Part shown: positions 61,462 through 64,000 of the stretch, piece by piece | Layout of the letters: each line of letters begins with the position of its first letter | Numbering within the stretch: the stretch's first letter is position 1 | Assembly (NCBI RefSeq): GCF_009914755.1 | Contig: NC_060940.1 | Strand: one strand, 5' to 3' | Length of the DNA: 64,000 nt | Source: the human T2T-CHM13v2.0 reference genome, Homo sapiens | Translations under genes and position numbers: made by a program | Notes under the pieces: model-generated | Databases searched by the model: none | What the model saw: only the letters and a program-made list of their open reading frames with translations | What the model was told of the DNA's origin: nothing

Positions 61462-61900
61462 ATATTTTTTTCAGTTGCAAATGACAGAAATGGAACTTAC
61501 ACTATTGTAAACAACAAAAGACATTTGATTGCCTTACGTGATTGAGAAGTCTGGGGATAACTTGGTTTCAGGAAAAACTGGATCCAGGGGCTCAAATGAT
61601 GTCACTAGGCCCCTGTCTCTTTCCATTCTTTGCCGTGTTTGTCTCTACCTGGCTTCATTCTCAGACAGGCTGTCTCACCACAGTTTAGGCAAGATGGTAA
61701 GAAGCATTCCTAGACAAACATATTTTATGTTTATTAATCTTTTTGGAAACAGTTTTTCTTAAGAACTTCTGTAGGAAATTCCTAGAGATGCCTTGGGCCC
61801 AGGTTGGGTCCTGTGCCCCATTCCTAAAGCAATAATTGTGTGGGATTCTAATCAGGCCTAGGAGATGTAGCTAGCCCTTTGGCTTGGGGTGGTGGTAAGA
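61462..61900 (-). mobile_element. Old ERVL LTR remnant (LTR33-like)
   Basis: TTTCAGTTGCAAATGACAGAAA and GGATCCAGGGGCTCAAATGATGTC motifs. Confidence 0.6.
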
Positions 61901-62339
61901 GTAGAGAAGCAGGGTTCTCTATTCTTTACGGGGAAACTGTTCCATGTAATTTCCCCATTGCAACCACATGAAATAGTTTCCCCATAGAGAAAGAGGGGTT
62001 CAAGGGTGCTATTTTTAGAAAAGTGGGGGCCAGTTAAGCCAGATGTACGTTAAGTATATAAAGATCCATCCCCGGCCAGGCATATGATCTCTCTAATCCA
62101 CTGGAGGGATTAGAGAGACTGGAGGGAGGTGCAGAGGGTGTTTGGGGACTTGTTATTTAGTTATTAATTCTGTGCAGCTGTTATTTAGTTATTCATTCAT
62201 GTATTTATTCATTAAACATGTATTATCAACCATGTGCTATGTGCTTGGCTGAAACATGAACCAATCATGGCCAGCCATCTGAAAGAACTCACAGAGTGGA
62301 GAAATGGACATGTAAATGATCACATTGAAAGGTGTTATC

Positions 62340-63030
62340 AGTCTTGACAGAATGGGATTTATTCTAAGAATGGAAGGATGGTTCAATCTTGGGGAATGTA
62401 ATAATGTGATTTATTGTTAATACAGGCAAATGAGAAAAATTTGTGATTTATTTTATGGATGCTGAAAAGATATCTTATAAAAAGAAATATCTATTTCTGA
62501 TTTTCAGAACAACCTGCTATTAAAATAGGGTCATACCTAAAGCCAGCATCATCTTTAGTGGTTTAGCACTAGAAGCATTTCCACTAAATCCAGAACCAGC
62601 CTGAAGTGCTCATTACTGTTACTATTATTTAACCATTGTTCAGGACTTATTAGATAATACAATTAGAAAAACAAAAGGAGAAAGGGGGGAGGTAGAATTA
62701 TTACTATTTGCAAAGTAATTTTAACTTTTCCTTTTTGGAAAACCTAAGATTACCAATCCTCCTATGAATCTATTGGAAACAATAATAGAATTCATTAAGG
62801 TGGCTGGTAAGGAAAAAACAATGTATAATTTATAGATTTCCTATATGCCTATGCCACCCATTGTGAAAATATAATGGGAAAAAATACTGTGTGTATAGAA
62901 CCAACCAGAGAGACAAAATAACTAGGAATAAATTTAGCAAAAATTGCAAGGGACTTGTAAAAACAAAATATTAATACTCTACTAAGGGGCGCTGGAGAGG
63001 ACAGGAGTAAATGGAGAGACATCCTTCTCT
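62340..63030 (+). mobile_element. Ancient L1M ORF2 fragment
   Basis: GGGATTTATTCTAAGAATGGAAGGATGGTTCAAT and CTAGGAATAAATTTAGC motifs. Confidence 0.78.
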
Positions 63031-63377
63031 AGGGTGGCATTTCTTTCTTTTCCTTCCCTCCTCCTCCCTTTTCCTGTCTCCCTTTTCTTTCCCATTCTTG
63101 TTTGTTTGTTTGTCTAAGTCATTGATGCCTAAATTGAGATCAGATGTGTTTGAGGGTGATCTGAAAATATTGTTTATATAAACTTGACCAAAATGTACTT
63201 CATATATGGGATATCCTTCCTTTGCACATTTTATTTGACAGAGGAAAGGGTGGCAAAATAACTGTCACTGTTTAGATTCATAAACTATTATAATCCCTTG
63301 CAGAGGGGCTGACTGCCTTACACCCCCAATTCAGGGGTAGAAGAACCATGCCCAAGGAGTGGATTAAGAGTTGAGCT

Positions 63378-63705
<328 letters not shown>

Positions 63706-64000
63706 GAGTTGAGCTGGTGCACATTAGTCAATGTGGATGCACTCATGTTGCCACATAGCAAAAAGTGAATCAGAGACAAACCATGGTTATTTTAGGACGG
63801 GAGGGGGAGATGGAGGTTCGAATCTGATGGAATAACAGTCGCCGTGGGAGTGGCAGCACTGGTGGTAGATGATATTGTATCACGTGTGCCAGGCTTGGCT
63901 CCGAGTATTGAATTCCTTTAGGCTTCACTGGCACCTCGTGAGATAGGCACTGATATTACCCACGCCTTACAGGCGAGGGAACTGAGGCACAGTGCTGGTA

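Overview
Primate (almost certainly human) genomic DNA. The only gene I can support is the 5' end of HS3ST4 (heparan sulfate 3-O-sulfotransferase 4). It has a CpG-island promoter, a GC-rich 5' leader and coding exon 1 (ATG 52944 to donor after 53677, 734 nt), followed by about 10 kb of intron 1. The first ~50 kb is repeat-dense intergenic sequence: more than 25 Alu/FLAM copies, MaLR/ERVL/ERV1 solo LTRs, hAT MITEs, and a ~10 kb old L1 carrying a full-length Tigger1 and other nested insertions. The most interesting observation is the HS3ST4 leader. One GGC tract is read as poly-Gly in an ATG-initiated uORF, as poly-Ala in an overlapping uORF, and as poly-Arg in the frame that is open into the CDS, resembling FMR1 and NOTCH2NLC. 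The same tract can fold against a downstream GCC tract just before the start codon. Also notable are a MER41 LTR with two intact GAS (STAT1) motifs ~12 kb upstream, and several templated-insertion or transduction scars at retroelement junctions. Repeat subfamily names and boundaries were assigned by eye and are approximate.
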